Below are positions 1-14,634 of a DNA stretch of 64,000 nt, piece after piece; within the stretch, counting starts at the first letter, position 1; every line of letters starts with the position of its first letter. The DNA comes from Camelus dromedarius (Eukaryota). The DNA lies in assembly GCF_036321535.1 (NCBI RefSeq), contig NC_087472.1, positions 102,364,001-102,428,000 on the forward strand. Reading direction: 5' to 3'. The position numbers were made by a program, and so were the translations under genes. The notes under the pieces were generated by a model. That model was not told where the DNA came from. It saw only the letters and a list, made by a program, of their open reading frames with translations, and made no database searches.

Positions 1-700
1 TCCCCACGACACCAGATGATACTTTGCACAACTAACGTCGGTCTAGGGTGACAGAACTAAATCCCCTCTTTTCATGTTTCTCGAAAGTAAGCAAAATCAT
101 CTTGTAAGAACATTTCATAGTGATGAAATATTAAGGAAATTCAAGACAAAGACTAGCAGATAAAAAATTAAAGCTCTGATTAAGTATAGAGAAGGACTCA
201 TCTTATTTCTACAGATTTCTGTTTTACCAATCCTCAGATGAGAACAAGATTCAAGGTGTGATATTTCATGTTTGTAAACAGTACACTTCTGCTGCACAAA
301 ACTGCCCAAAAATCCGACGGTGCCTTTTTGAAAAGACTAAGTCACGGCAGAAAGAAAGGCAGCTGGGCCGGTCACCCAGGCTCCCAGTGCAAAATCTGAG
401 GCCAACTCCCTGACCTCAGCCCAGACCCCAGGAACCCACCTCTGGGTGGAGCCCCAACCTCCCTGGTCTCCAAGCTGGAGCCTAACACAGGCTGAGCTGC
501 TGGAAAGCCAACAGCTCGCCAGGGGCCCGACGCCTGCAGCCTAACTACCGCCAGGACAGGTTATACTCTAACTCTGGCCAGAGTCCTCAGCGGTGACAGC
601 AGTGTCACAACACACGTCCCCTGCCCTGTGAGGTACCTTACCTGAACATCATGAATCCCCATGACTAAGAACAAACCCCAGTCGAGGGAAATCACCTCAC

Positions 701-796
701 CTCTTCAGCCATTTGCAGAAGTGCTTTGTTATTGTTTTCCCATTTGGTCCGCCATATTATTGTTTCTTTTTCCAGTTTTTTAATTTTCTTTGTCAT
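701..796 (-). CDS. TXLNG: TXLNG exon 9 (96 nt, MTKKIKKLEKETIIWRTKWENNNKALLQMAEE); gene continues left of the window
   Basis: ccacAG acceptor and GTGAGG donor; exons 1-9 join into an open 1248-nt frame. Confidence 0.96.
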
Positions 797-1964
797 CTGT
801 GGATCAACACAATTTCAGATTTAAGCTCTCAGTTCCATTTATCTCTACACCCCGTCCCACCACAAGAAAGTCCGCTCCTTCCTGCCCTCATCACTGCACC
901 TGCCTCGCCAGGGGGACAGCAGTGCTGTCTGCTGGTGGCAGAGCTCATCTCAGAAGCTACCAGGGTGGCGGCAGCAGGAAACAAAATGGAGATTCGTATT
1001 GTGAGAAAACCAAATTAAATCTCAATTTCAGAGGCAGCAACGTGGAGGAAGCTGTCAGCCAGCATGCTCTGAAGCCTCACTGGTGCTGGAACGCATTTCA
1101 CTCCAGCCGGGGGGACACGAGGCGAGCCCTCCTCCCCAAGTCCTATGAAAGAGTATCCATATTCGTGAGTTTCCTTCCACTAACTCACGTGACTCTTGGA
1201 AGGACAGCTCCCACCCCCACCCTGAAGATTTAAGAACTGGGGCTCTGCCACCCCCTCCAGGAGCACAGCAGGCTCAGGACAAGGGACAGATTCCAGGGAC
1301 TAAGAAAAGGGAACAGTGTTCCTCCCGAGCTTTGGTTATCCTCACAAGTCACAAGGCTGCTTCACTCCACTCCAGACTTTACAAAAAAGAAAATGGGTCC
1401 AAAAATCAGGGGAATGTTCTACAAGGACCCCGTTTTCAGAAATTCAGACTGAGATTTCTGCCTGTCAACGGACCCATTTTCAGGAGTCCTCTGTGCACTG
1501 ATGGCACCCAGCTCTGGTCCCAGTTGGGGTACAGGGGATGCAGATGATGGGACCAGCGCACTCGGGTCCAGAGGGATGGCGGGCTGGGGCGTCCTCTGTG
1601 CTCAACTTGGCTCAGCAGGGGCCTCGGCTGAGCACCGGCAGGCAGACCTGCGCACCGAATTCTCCAGATTACTGGGTCTAAAAATACCTGAAGGTGGTCA
1701 TTTGAGCACTTAACATGGCTAAGCGCTGTCTGAAACACTCTCCTTTATGAAAGGCAGGTATTTTTCTTATTTTTAACAAGGAAGGCACAGAAAGGCTGAA
1801 CCACTTGTCCTCAGTCACACACTATTCGATGCAACCAGGGCCTGACCCCAGACAGCGCACCCCAGTCCCTCACCGCCACCCATACGGTGCCACTGCCCGC
1901 CCACCTCCCTCCTAAAACACCTCCAAGGGGACTATGCCAAGTAAAATAAGGATAGATGGATTGA

Positions 1965-2003
1965 TATGTATGTGTGTGTGTGTGTGTGTGTATATGTATA
2001 TAC
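1965..2003. repeat. (TG)n microsatellite with TA-rich flanks
   Basis: tgtgtgtgtg... run. Confidence 0.9.
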
Positions 2004-2520
2004 ATCTTGGTTCTTAGTTTAAGACCAAGGATATCGCTTTTCTCCATGCAGGCAGCAAAATCGAACAGAAGCCAAATAGGTTTGGTTGAGGAAGAAATAA
2101 TTCAGTGGGAGTGTTACTGAGAAAAAAGTAGAAACACTGATATGTATATGTATTTATATACATCAACCAACCAAAATATGTAGTTACTAAAATTTCCAAG
2201 AACACAGAGCTTTGGGAAAAGGGTGTGTGTGTGTTGGGGTGGGGTGGGGTGTAATTACCTGAAGTAAAGAAAACAAAAGACACAACAAACGAAAAAGAAA
2301 CCACTTTATTTCTAACAACAAATTGTATTTAATAGAGGAATTAACTTTAATAAGGACAGAATCTTAAGAGCCTAGAAATCGCTAGCTACGTGGGGTACTA
2401 CTGAGGGCAAAATGACTACATGTGATGCCACTGGAGGATCAGAAAGGATAAACAAAGACAGTACCATAATGACATGAACTCGTCCAAGTAGTGACTGTGC
2501 TTAAAAGAGCCTCTTATATG

Positions 2521-2635
2521 GAGGCGCTCGGTGGTAGAGTGTATGCTTAGCATGCAGGAGGTCCTGGGTTCGATCCCCAGTACCTCCATTTAAACAAATA
2601 GAAATAAATAAACAAACCTAATTACCCCCTCCAAA
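2521..2635 (+). mobile_element. tRNA-Ala-derived SINE (vic-1-like)
   Basis: A/B-box tRNA head GGTAGAG..GCTTAGCATGC..GGTTCGATCCCC plus aacctaattacc tail. Confidence 0.85.
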
Positions 2636-2691
2636 TGGCCTGGGGGGAAAAAGTCTCTTACATAAATTCCCTTTTAGGTAATGCTGCACTA

Positions 2692-2799
<108 letters not shown>

Positions 2800-5700
2800 C
2801 TATGGAAAACAAGTATGAAATATTTTGAGTTCTAGGTAAATGATTTCAAATCCCAAATTTTTAAAAACAACATAACATGGTTGAACAATTACTTGGTGTA
2901 AGTGACAGAAATAAAAACAGACGCGCACTCAATCCTCAACATCAGACAGACATCAATGGCTGCAGTTTTAATAACCCACTGAAATGCACTGAAACAGGAA
3001 GTTTTGTTGACCTTACCATCTTTAGATGTGTTTAAAATATACAAATATTTATTAGCTCCATTCCACCAATTTTCATAAAACCAGGAGGACAAGGAATAGC
3101 TGTAAATTTCATACAACTAATCTTTTATGAACTACACTCTCTCCTTATATCTGAAAAACTATCCCTGGAAAATGATCCTTTTTTTTGGAATACCACCTGC
3201 ACCGTTCTTAGCTTGATACTCAGGATATCTCTTTCCTGAACATAGGCAGGAAAATGAAACAGAAGCCAAAGAATTGGCTTGGTTGGGGGAGAAAGAATTC
3301 AGTGGGAGTAGTTAGGAGAAAAAAGCTAAAAAAGGTAGAAACTGATTTTTCTTTTAACTCTCACCCTCAAAGAACTGTTATTCTAACTGGGAAAATAATG
3401 CTACTCGACAAGGGAAGCAGTAGACTATGGAGGCACACTCTTCTCCCCAGGAAGAGTTCAGAGAAGCCAGGGGACAGGGGAGGCGCAGTGCGGCTGAGGA
3501 CGGAATGGTGGCTGGGCTAAGTCTCTAGCGCAGGCTGAATTATTTCACTTTAGACCAAGAGGGAACCCTCAGGACCCATCTAACGTAACTACATTATTTC
3601 AGGATGAGGAAACGGGCCCAGAGGAAGAAAGCGCTTTGCTGAAGATCACACAATGAGTATCAAGAAAGCAGAGGAGAATAAAAGATCACCAGAGGCCAAG
3701 AAACAGCATGAGCGCCGTGCTGCTGTGGCTTTCAGCAGTGCTGTAAGGGGAGCAGCCAACAGCAGCAGCCACACGGGCGGGGCGAGGAAGAGAGGAAGCA
3801 GCTCCCCGCAAGGTCAGGCGGGCCAGGGTCCGGGGAGATGCAGACCTGACGTTCCCAGTGATGAGAGGCGGGGATGCCGGTAAGACAGCCAAAGCACAAG
3901 CTGGCAGAAAGGTGAGGCCGGGGGACAAGGACCAAGAGAAACGTAGGGACAAAGCGAAGAGTGCAGAGGATTTCGCAGAGGATTTCGGAAGGATGGCGGG
4001 TCTCAGGCAGCTGGAGGGAGCCGCTGTGGCACTTGAAGAAGATCAGAAGTTAGGGCCGTCTTAGTGTGGTCTGTTTTTATCAAAGATGGAACATGCGGGT
4101 GTACTGTCCCATCAGAGTTCAGTGTGGCCCACACGGGGCAGTTAGTAAGTGGCAACTACCACCTTGGACTTACGTACCTAGATTACAAAACAGTGGTCAA
4201 AACACACCAATAAGAGTAAGAGATCATCAACAAAGCCTGGCAACAGACTCGGTAGGAGCAAAGAATGAGATCAACTCTTGGAAGAGACAGACACATTGTG
4301 GAAGCAGGAAAAGGAAGAGGTGGCAACAAAAGAAACAAACTAATGATCAGATGACATAACTCAGAGTGACACCAATCACAGACAACAGAAGTTGCACTGG
4401 TACCAGTACAACAGCACGGGAGCTGCCTGTGACCCCAGAGGAAGAGCCTCTGGTGCCTTGCACTGGAGAGTTAGCCGTGACCCTCGATGTAAGGCCATCC
4501 TCCGAAGCCATATATAGATTGTGTGTACTTTCCCACATGGATTCTCTTTTCCATTTATATGGATGGCTGAATTTATAAGGCTAATAAGGGGCTCACATTT
4601 CCTAGAAGCATTTAAGCACGATAACTTATGGTGGAAAGTTCAAAAGATTTCTTGAATTTTCACTCTAAGTTAGACTAGCTTTATAGGAAATGAGTATCAC
4701 CACACTGTAAAGTGTGCCCAAAGACCAAAAGCACTCATAAAGATTTAGGCCAGTCTACATTTTAGAACTATAAATTTAGAGTCCTCACGTCAAAGAAACT
4801 TATTACATAATAATCTTTTTAAATGAGCAATACTTTTTTCAACAGAATGTTATCTAGTTAAGTTTTTCTGAAACAGGGAGAATTATAGGTACAAATGCCT
4901 AATTTTCATCTGTCCATAAAGACATGGAAAGTCTTTACACAAGGCGCCCACAGAGAAAGACTGCATCAGAACAAACCTAAGGGCAGGGGGGCAACAAAGA
5001 AAAGCCTAGGCCCAAATGGCTTCAGCGGCAAATTTTAACAAACATTTAAAGAAGGCCTAAGACCAATTCTTAAATTCTTCCAAAAAATTGAGGAGACAGG
5101 AGCATTCCCAAACTAATTTTACAAGGCCAGTATTGCCCTGATACCAAAGCCAGAAAAAGACACTAGAAGAAAATCACAGGCCAACATCCCTGATGAATAT
5201 AGATGCAAAAATTCTCAACAAAGTATCAGCAAACTGAATTCAACAACACATTAAAAAAAAAATCACATGCCATGATTAAATGGGATTCATCTTGGGAAGC
5301 AAGGATGGTTCAGCATAGGGTAAACCAACAAATGTAATACACCACATGAAAAGAACAGAATGAGACAAAAATCCCAAGATCATTTCAACAGATGTAGAAG
5401 AAACATTTGCTAAAATTCATTATCGATTCAGGATAAAAACAAATTAGGTATTGAAGGAACATACTTCAATATAATAAAGGTCATATATGAGAGACCCACA
5501 GCTAATAACATGTTCTACAGTGAAAGGGTGGAAGCTTTCCCTCTAAGAGCAGGAACAAAACAAGGGTGCCCACTCTCACCACTTCTATTTAACACAATAC
5601 TGGAATTTGTAACCTGAGCAATTAGATAAGAAAAAAAAAAAAGAAACAGCATCCAAATCAGAAAGGAAGAAGTAACACAGTCTGTTTGCTGATGACATGA

Positions 5701-6005
5701 CTTTATATAGAGAAAATCCTGAAGAATGCACTAAAAACTGTTACAACAAATTCAGTAAGTTTTCAGGATACGATAATCAACATACGGAAATCAGTTGTGT
5801 TTCTATACACTAACAACAAAATATTTAAAAAATAAAATAATCCTATTTACAATAGCATCAAAAACAATAAAATACTGAGGAATAAATTTAACCAAGGAAA
5901 TGAAAGATCTATACACTGAAAACTATGACTCTGATGAAAGAAACTGAAGATGACAAAAATAAGTGGAAAGATAGCCTGTGTTCATGGATTAGAAGAATCA
6001 ATATT

Positions 6006-6135
6006 TAACTTATGGTGAAAAAGACTATGAAAAAGAATATATTTATGTCCATGTATGACTGAAGCATTGTGCTGTACACCAGAAATCGACACACTGCAAA
6101 CTGACTATACTTTGATAAAAATATATATACAAAAA
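6006..6135 (+). mobile_element. Short L1 3'-end insertion nested in the older L1
   Basis: L1 3' UTR text (gctgtacaccagaaat...ctgactatac); TSD aagaatcaatatt 5993-6005 / aagaattaatatt 6136-6148. Confidence 0.8.
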
Positions 6136-6909
6136 AAGAATTAATATTGTTAAAAATATCCACACTAGCCAAAGCCATCTACATATTGAATGCAATCTCT
6201 ATCAAAATTCCAATGGCATTTTCCACAGAAATAGAACAAATAATCCTAGAAATGGTATGAAACCACAAAAGAGCTCAAATAGCCAAAGCAACCTGGAGAA
6301 AGAACACAGCTGGAAGTATTATGCTCCCTGATTTCTAACTTTATTACAAACCAAAACAATAGGTTACTGGCACAGAAGCAGAGACACAGACCAACAGGAC
6401 AGAAACAAACCCATACAAATATGGTCAACTAGTATTTGCCAAGGGAGCCAAGCATATTGAACGAGGAAGGACAGTCTCTTCAATAAAAGTTGTTGGGAAA
6501 ATTGAATAACCAAGTGCAGAAGACTAGCACTGGACTGCTATCTTACACCACTCACAAAAATTAACTTGAAATAGATTAAGGACTTAAACTTGAGACCTGA
6601 AACTATAAAACTCCCAGAAGCAAACATAGGTAAAAAGTTCCCTGACAGTGGTCTTGGCAATGAATTTTTGGATATGACACCAAAAATACAAGTAACAAAA
6701 GCAAAAATCAACAAGTAGGACTACATTGAACTAAAATGCGTCTGCACACACAAAAAAACAATAATCAATAAAATGAAAGGCAACCTATAGAATAGGAGAA
6801 AATATCTGTAGACAATATATCCAATAAAGGGTTAATATCCAAAAAATATAAGGAACTCACACAACTCAACAGCAAAAAAACAAAAATCCAATTTAAAAAC
6901 TGGCAGAGA

Positions 6910-7041
6910 AGGGGTAGGGTATAGCTCAAGTGGTATAGCACATGCTTGGCATGCATGAGGTCCTGGGTTCAATCCCAAGTACCTCCTCTAAGAATAAATA
7001 AATAAACCTAATTACCTCCCCCAACCAAAAATAAAATAAAA
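6910..7041 (+). mobile_element. tRNA-Ala-derived SINE (vic-1-like) inserted in L1
   Basis: tRNA head and A-rich tail; 16-bp TSD TAAAAACTGGCAGAGA at 6894-6909 and 7042-7057. Confidence 0.92.
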
Positions 7042-8320
7042 TAAAAACTGGCAGAGACCTCCTATCAGGATGTCTTTAATAAAAAAAAGACAAGAGATAG
7101 CAAGTGCTGGTGAGGATGTGGAGAAATGGGAACACTTGTGTAGTGTTGGTGGGAATGTAGATCAGTGCAGTTACTATGGAAAACAGTATAAAGGCTCCTC
7201 AAAAAATCAAAAATAGAACTACCATATGATTCAGCAATCTCACTTCTGGGTATAAATCCAAAGAAAATGAAAAACAGGATATCAAAGAGCTATCTGCACC
7301 CCCACCTTCACTGTAGCATTATTCACAACAGCCAAGACAGGGGAACAACTTAAGTATCCGCTGACAGAAGAATGGATAAAGAAAATGTGGTTTTTATACA
7401 CAACGGAATCTTATTCAGCCATTAAAAAATAAGTAAATCTTGCCATCTGTGAAAACACGGATGGATGTTGAGGCATTATGCTAAGTGAAATAAGTGAGAC
7501 ACAAAAAGACGAGTACTAAATACTGTATGATCTCACCTACATGTAGAATGTAAAAAAGCCAAACTCACAGAAACAGAGAGCAGAATGGTGGTTGACAGGG
7601 GTGGAGGGTGGGGAGAAAGGGGGAGGAGCTGGTCGAAGGGTGCACGCTTTCATTTATAACATGAACAAGTTACAGGGATGGAAAGTGCAGCATGGCGACT
7701 ACAGTTAACGATACTGTCTAGTATACTTAAAAAAAAAAAAGGAAGGAAGAAAAGTCAGGAGTCCCCCATTAAGGTGGACACCACCCCCACAGCTCTACCG
7801 AGGAGTGGCTGCATGGTCAATAGGCAGTTTTTAAAATAGGTTACATGCTCATAGCGCAAAATTCTATAGATTTTTGGTTACACGATATGAAATTGCCTTT
7901 TTGTAGGTCAAGTAAGTCAGGTATCAGCAGTTTCATTTGGTTCATCTTATACAAAAGAACTAAAATCTGAAGGTTTATCAGTTTTTCTTTAGTTGGAAAT
8001 CAGCTGACACATGTGGGAAGAGAGGGAGGGAGGAAGTATGTGGGATACTGGAGGAGGGTTCTGCAGATCACAGGACCAGCTGTTCCACCTGCCTGGTTCC
8101 TGGGACGCGGGGCTTGGGGTGCTACAACCAGGAAAGTCCTGGGCAAATCGGGGTGAGGTGATCACCCTAAATGGAGAAGAAAATTCCAAGAGGGACAGGA
8201 GATCTACTCTCAGGTCTGCTGGCAACAAGCAAAAGCATCCAAGAGGAGATTCACAGTATGTATCAAATGAACCACAGATTTTTTTTCTTACAAATTCTAC
8301 TACCCCTGCTGTCAAGTTAC

Positions 8321-8395
8321 CTGCTGTTTTAGTTGTACTTCTTGCTGTTTCATTTGTTCATATTTGTGTCTCGATTCTGTTGCTTCTTTTAATAA
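8321..8395 (-). CDS. TXLNG: TXLNG exon 7 (75 nt, LLKEATESRHKYEQMKQQEVQLKQQ)
   Basis: ttttctAG acceptor and GTAAC donor; translation matches. Confidence 0.96.
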
Positions 8396-9823
8396 CTAGA
8401 AAACAGAAACATTCTGGCAAAATACTGATAGTAATTACAAATAAGACTACAATGTCCAACCACCAGTTAGGCTTAATCCTTCCACTCATTAAGAATCATG
8501 AGTCTATAAATGAAACACTCCATCACATCAATTGCCAATTACCCATCTCTTTGATCTGTTCCATTGTCAACACGTAAGAATGTAGGAATAATCTTTTATT
8601 GCTTAGAAAAAGTACCCTGGAGGCCTAATAGTTTTATAAAACTTAGGGTTAAATTGTTGTGTTTTAGGTGAAAATAATTAGAAGTCTAGTATTAGCAGAA
8701 AACATGGGTAGGAATCTTAACGTTATCTGGGTGATTTAGAAAGCCCCTGTACCCCATGAGAGGCAAGACAAGGCAGGGTGAAAGGTTACAGAGCAAAACA
8801 ATGATTTCTGGTTTCTGATCACTTTTTAAAGTGGGGGTAAAGGAAGGGGAACTTCCATTTATATACTCGAGTCTAGGAAAATTACACAGTGAAGTTGTAG
8901 AGCAGGCAGCTGTGAAATGCAGTCCCTGAAGTAAAATGTCACACTTAGTCCAGTAAGTATTGAGAAGTCCTTAAAACCAACCAGAAATATGTGTGTTGTG
9001 CATTCGTGTGTGGTTATATATGAAATTTATATTCCAACTTGGGAAACGACAACTGTCTCCTCAGTTACGCACGGGATGGTGCCGTCACATCATGTGGAAG
9101 GACCATGTGTGCAAAAAATGTCTCTCTTAACCCTAGACTCACACTCAGCATGGTATGTTCACGTCACCAGGGCTGCTCAGGAACCAAGTCTTCATACAGG
9201 CTCACCTCGGGGCCTAGGTTACTCAAGTGAAAAGTGGATGCAACAGTCCTCATTATCATAGTCATTTCTGACTTTCACTATGTTTTTGGTTAAGCAGGTA
9301 GAGTTAAATTTGCACGTGTTAAATATACATACCCAACGAGATCCCACTGTGTTCACAATTATTGACAGGAAAGATAACCTGAGCACACATTCTGGGAACA
9401 ATGCTGAGTTATTAGGGTATAGAGAATTCTGCTAAAATTTTATCAGAAAATTATACCAGAGTAAACAAATAATTTCTCTAGTTTTGAGTTACTTGTTTGA
9501 AAACAAAGTGTAACAGAATGTAGTAGATTTATCTTTGGAAAGCTCAATATTAAACTGAATTCCCAGATTTAATATGCTAAATACTGGTATAATTCTTTAA
9601 TTTGGTGACCACTACACCAGTCCAGTGTATCTTTTGTATATAAAGTTAAATAGAAATAAAACACTAATGCTTTCACACACACACACACACCCTTCACAAT
9701 CTAGAGCGAAAAAACCAATTAGCACAACCCAGGGCTACATCAAATGTAGAGTAAGTTTAAACGCTTTAGACGGCACTGGCCCTTCTTTTGGCGATAATTC
9801 TTTTTTTAAGAGACAGCACTTAC

Positions 9824-9943
9824 AAACTCTCTCTCTCTTTGATGTTTTTCATCAGCTTCTTTTATCAGCTGTGTCGTCTGCTGAAGCTTGGCGTCCACAA
9901 GCTGTTGCTGCAGTTCCTTATGTTTAAACACTTTATCAATGTG
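9824..9943 (-). CDS. TXLNG: TXLNG exon 6 (120 nt, HIDKVFKHKE...HQREREF)
   Basis: ctttccccAG acceptor and GTAAGT donor; translation matches gamma-taxilin. Confidence 0.96.
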
Positions 9944-11912
9944 CTGGGGAAAGTAAAGTGTCTTCCGTCACTTAACAAAAAAAGGGACATAATGACGAGG
10001 AAACAACACAAGTTACGAGACCTGGCTCATGACCCTGCTTTTCGTGCCGATCCCACGAGAGCTGGTTACAGCAGCTGTCTGTCCGTCTGCAGCAGCTCAC
10101 AGACCCTGGGCCCTACCCCCAGAGGTGAGCCCTCAGCGCCTCAGCAGCTGGGCTCGTATCTCCTATTTCTGCCCAAAGGTGAAAATGAAGCTCAAACTTT
10201 ATCGAGATAAAGATGGATAAGGAGATCAAACCGTGAAACCCATCCACCATACACATAATTCCTGAATACTTTTTTCTCTCCATTAAATTCCCCTAAATTT
10301 CTCAGTTGGAGGCAGCACACTGTGACGGTAGGAATGGCCCCGGGCAACGTCCCCCCTTGCTGAACCTCAGTCCACTCACCCCTGGGCGGGGAACCACACC
10401 TGCACCACACAACTGCACAAGCCAATGCAATGGTCACACTATGGAAGGTGCTTGGGGCTGGGCGCTTATCAGATACTTGGTAAAAGGCCATTATTACCTC
10501 CAAGTGAAATTGTTAAGCAGTCATTTATGTACAATAAAGACATCAGAACATCCCTTCTCAAAATCAGAAAGAGTAATTCCTCCTGATCAAAGAAAAAACA
10601 TTCAATAATATTCAAAATGAATCATATGCACAAGTAATGTGATTTAAGCATATATCTTTCAAATTTTCTGTATCTATAATGTAGCAGACTGTCATATGTA
10701 AACAACAAACTAAAAGAATAACTTTAAGAAAATTGACTGCTTTATAATCTAATAGAAAATGTATTCATTAGGACAAAACAAAGTTTCTTCAACAAACACA
10801 CTGTTAATAATAAAAGAGAGAGAAAAGGAAATCTTTATGTTGGAGACTCCCTATCACACAGTGAAACAGATGGGCCTAAAGTGCATCTCGATTTAAATAG
10901 ATTTTTTCATTTTTTTGAGGAAACAAAAATTTAAACAATGACCAGATATTTAATATTATTATTAATTTTTAGGTGTGAAAATGGTATTGTGGTCATGTCT
11001 GAAAATGAACCCTTCTTTTGACGTACACCCTCAAATACATATGAATGGACCGACACCTTGGATTTGCTTCAGAATAACCCAGGGGAAGGTGATGTGAATA
11101 TAGCTGAAAATATGGTTTCATCTGCTGAAGCCAGGTGATTACTTTTCTTTGTGATTTTCCATAATAAGAAGTTAAAAAAAAAAGCAAGAAGAAGCAGAGA
11201 ATGATAAAAAGAAAATCTTTTAAGAAACAACTAGTTTTTAAAAGGCTATATATAAAAGTCTAAATTAATATAATCTCAATTTTGGCTTGAAAACTGGGTA
11301 AAATATCCCAGAGATGCCATAACCTTTTTAAAAACATTATTTCAATCTATCTGTGTAAAGGATACAATACACATAAAAGAACATTTTACAAACTTAAAAG
11401 GCAGGGAGATGCATCATTTAAAAAAACCTAACCTCTTCTAATTCTGCCTATTTGACCTCTAAAAGGTAAGAACCTTGAAAAGCACATTAGCACTTATTTG
11501 TTTCTAATCTAGACACCATGTCCAGACGTCCTAGCTTGTAAAAGTCTTAGTTGGAAGCCAATGGCCAACGTGAGCAGCCACAGATCCTTCCAGTAAACTT
11601 ACTTCAATGGCTGGATGAGGGTTTAGAAATAGGTTCTTTTTTTCTCCCAAATAGTATAAAACTCCCACTAGGAAAAAAAAATCTGAGCCAGAGTTGTGAT
11701 GCAATGGTAGTCTAGACTGTACAGACTATCATAGTTTTCTGAGATATGGGGTATTTTGGGGCCAAATATTTATTCATTATTAGTCTAGATAAAGGGGAAA
11801 AAATCTCTGCTAAAATCATAATTTTCCAGCATCACGTGGAAGACCAGTAGTGCTTAACATGCCTCCAAGGAACTGCCTCACACACCCAAATCCACTGACT
11901 CCTGGGCCATCA

Positions 11913-12359
<447 letters not shown>

Positions 12360-13399
12360 TTACGGCTGCCCAGAAGTGCTGCTTCTGACCTAGAATTCCT
12401 TCCCTTTATCTGTGACCAGAAGGCTCTCATTTAAAAGCCGGCAGGTTCTCCCAAGTAGATAATCAGAGAGATGCAGACTACCCGGCTCTAAAATACTGCT
12501 ACGTGGCCACCTAAAATCAGACCAGGAAGGAGCTTCCCCCTCCCCCCCAGCACTGGCTTCCTCCACGCTGGGTTCCCAAATGCCCTCCCCCTCACTGGTT
12601 CCTCAGGGCAGGATCTGAAATCAGCCTGAAGAGAGCGATTCCTTCTTGCACCTTACTTTCTAAGTCTCACCTTTTATTCCCTAGAGAGCAAGGGACAAAA
12701 GGAATCTGCAGCTTAAAAGCTGACTTCCACCTCTTGCTAGGATACAAGTGTTAAGAGAGCTTTACAAGCCTAAACAGTTCTCAGTCCAATCAAAATGTTG
12801 ACATGCTGTGGGAAACAAATACCACTTATCTGAATGAGTATCAAAATCCAAGGACTCAAAAGCAAAGAAAAACCAACAGCTCCCATGTCAGGTGAAGGCC
12901 CACCTCCCGAGGGCCCCTGTGTTCTGGGCCTGGGGCCGCTGCCCCAGCCAGGGAGGCTGCTGAGCCTTCCTGCTCAGTCACAATCGGACGGAAACCGAAC
13001 ACGAAGACAGGCCGTGTTTCCGCTCTTCTCCCTTCTTCCCCTGTTGGTACCAATTAATCCTTGGGTACCTGCTCCCTCTTCTTTTAATCAGCCAAAGTGT
13101 AAGTGCTCTTCTAAAAGTATCTGGCAGTGGGGGAACCGGACAGGCAGGGGCAGCTGGCAGCGTAGCCTACTAAGAGACCCTGAGGAGCTCAGCGTGGGTT
13201 TCTCTTCCCAGACCCCTTTCCCACTGGGCTTCACGTCCACTTTTCACACATGCTAATTAACTACCTCAGTACTCAGCAGGAAACTGGCAACTTTGAGCTT
13301 TCTAAGCCATGGCCCCAAGTGGGAAAGCTGTGGTCTCAACATCACCCTCATCTGGGTTCCCCATGAGCAGGTATGAGGTGTGTTAAGAAGCATCAGGCC

Positions 13400-14328
13400 C
13401 AAACAAAATCAAAAAATGGGCAGTAGACCTAAACAGACCTCTCCCCAGTGAAGACATCCAGATGGTCAATAGGCACATGAAAACATGCTCAATATTGCTA
13501 ATTATCAGAGAAATGCAAATCAAAACTACAATGAGGTATCACCTCACACCAATCAGAATAGCCATCATTAAAAAGTCCATAAATGCTGGAGAGGGTGTGG
13601 AGAAAAGGGAACCTTCCTACACCATTGGTGGGGCTGTAATTTGGTAAAGCCACTATGAAAAACAATATGGAGATTCCTTAAAAAACTAAAAAAAGTTACC
13701 ATGTGATCCAGCAATCCCACTCCTGGGCATATAACCAGAGAAGATTCTAACTTGAAAAGATACATGCACTCCAATGTTCACAGCAGCACTATTTACAATA
13801 GGCAAGACATGGAAGTAACCTAAATGTCCATCAACAGATGACTGAATGAAGATGATGTGTATGTACACACACACAATGGAACACAACTCAGCCATAAAAA
13901 AGAATGAAATAATACCATTTGCAGCAACATGGACGTACCTAGAGATTATCATACTAAGTAAAGTAAGTCAGACAGAGAAAGACAAATATATGATATCACT
14001 TATATATGTGGAATCTAAAAAAAAAGACAAACAGACTTATTTACAAAACCGAAGCGGACTCACAGACATAGAAAACAAACTTATGGTTACCAAAGGGGAA
14101 GAGGGGGAATTAGGACTTTGTGATTTGCAGATACAAACTGCTATGTATAAAACAGACAAAGTCCTACTGTGTAATAATAGCACAGGGAACTATATTCAAT
14201 AGCTTGTAATAACCTATAATGAAAAAGAATATGAAAAGAAATATATGTATGTATAACTGAACCACTGTGCTGTACACCAGAAACTAACACAACACTGCAA
14301 ATCAACTATACTTCAATTAAAAAAAAAG
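13400..14328 (+). mobile_element. L1 3' fragment (ORF2 C-terminus, 3' UTR and A-tail)
   Basis: ORF text [17 protein letters not shown]; typical 3' UTR; aagcatca on both flanks. Confidence 0.92.
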
Positions 14329-14427
14329 CATCACGTCAAGCAAAATAGAAAGGTGGCACACCTGTCTCCAAGTAGAGACAAGAATTGATTTGAAATAGGT
14401 ACACAGTGACTAAATTAAGCTAAGTCA

Positions 14428-14634
<207 letters not shown>

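Larger units (their letters stand above)
4995..7740 (+). mobile_element. 5'-truncated, decayed L1 (ORF2 RT and C-terminal region plus 3' UTR and A-tail) with nested inserts
   Basis: Typical ORF2 text (gatgcaaaaattctcaac, ctgtttgctgatgacatga = FADD motif, ggaataaatttaaccaagg); A-tail at ~7729-7740. Confidence 0.92.

Noticed and set aside
8011..8577. 188-aa plus-strand ORF (likewise 11914..12393 and 790..1233)
   Set aside because: Antisense shadows of TXLNG exons or chance intronic ORFs with no recognisable product
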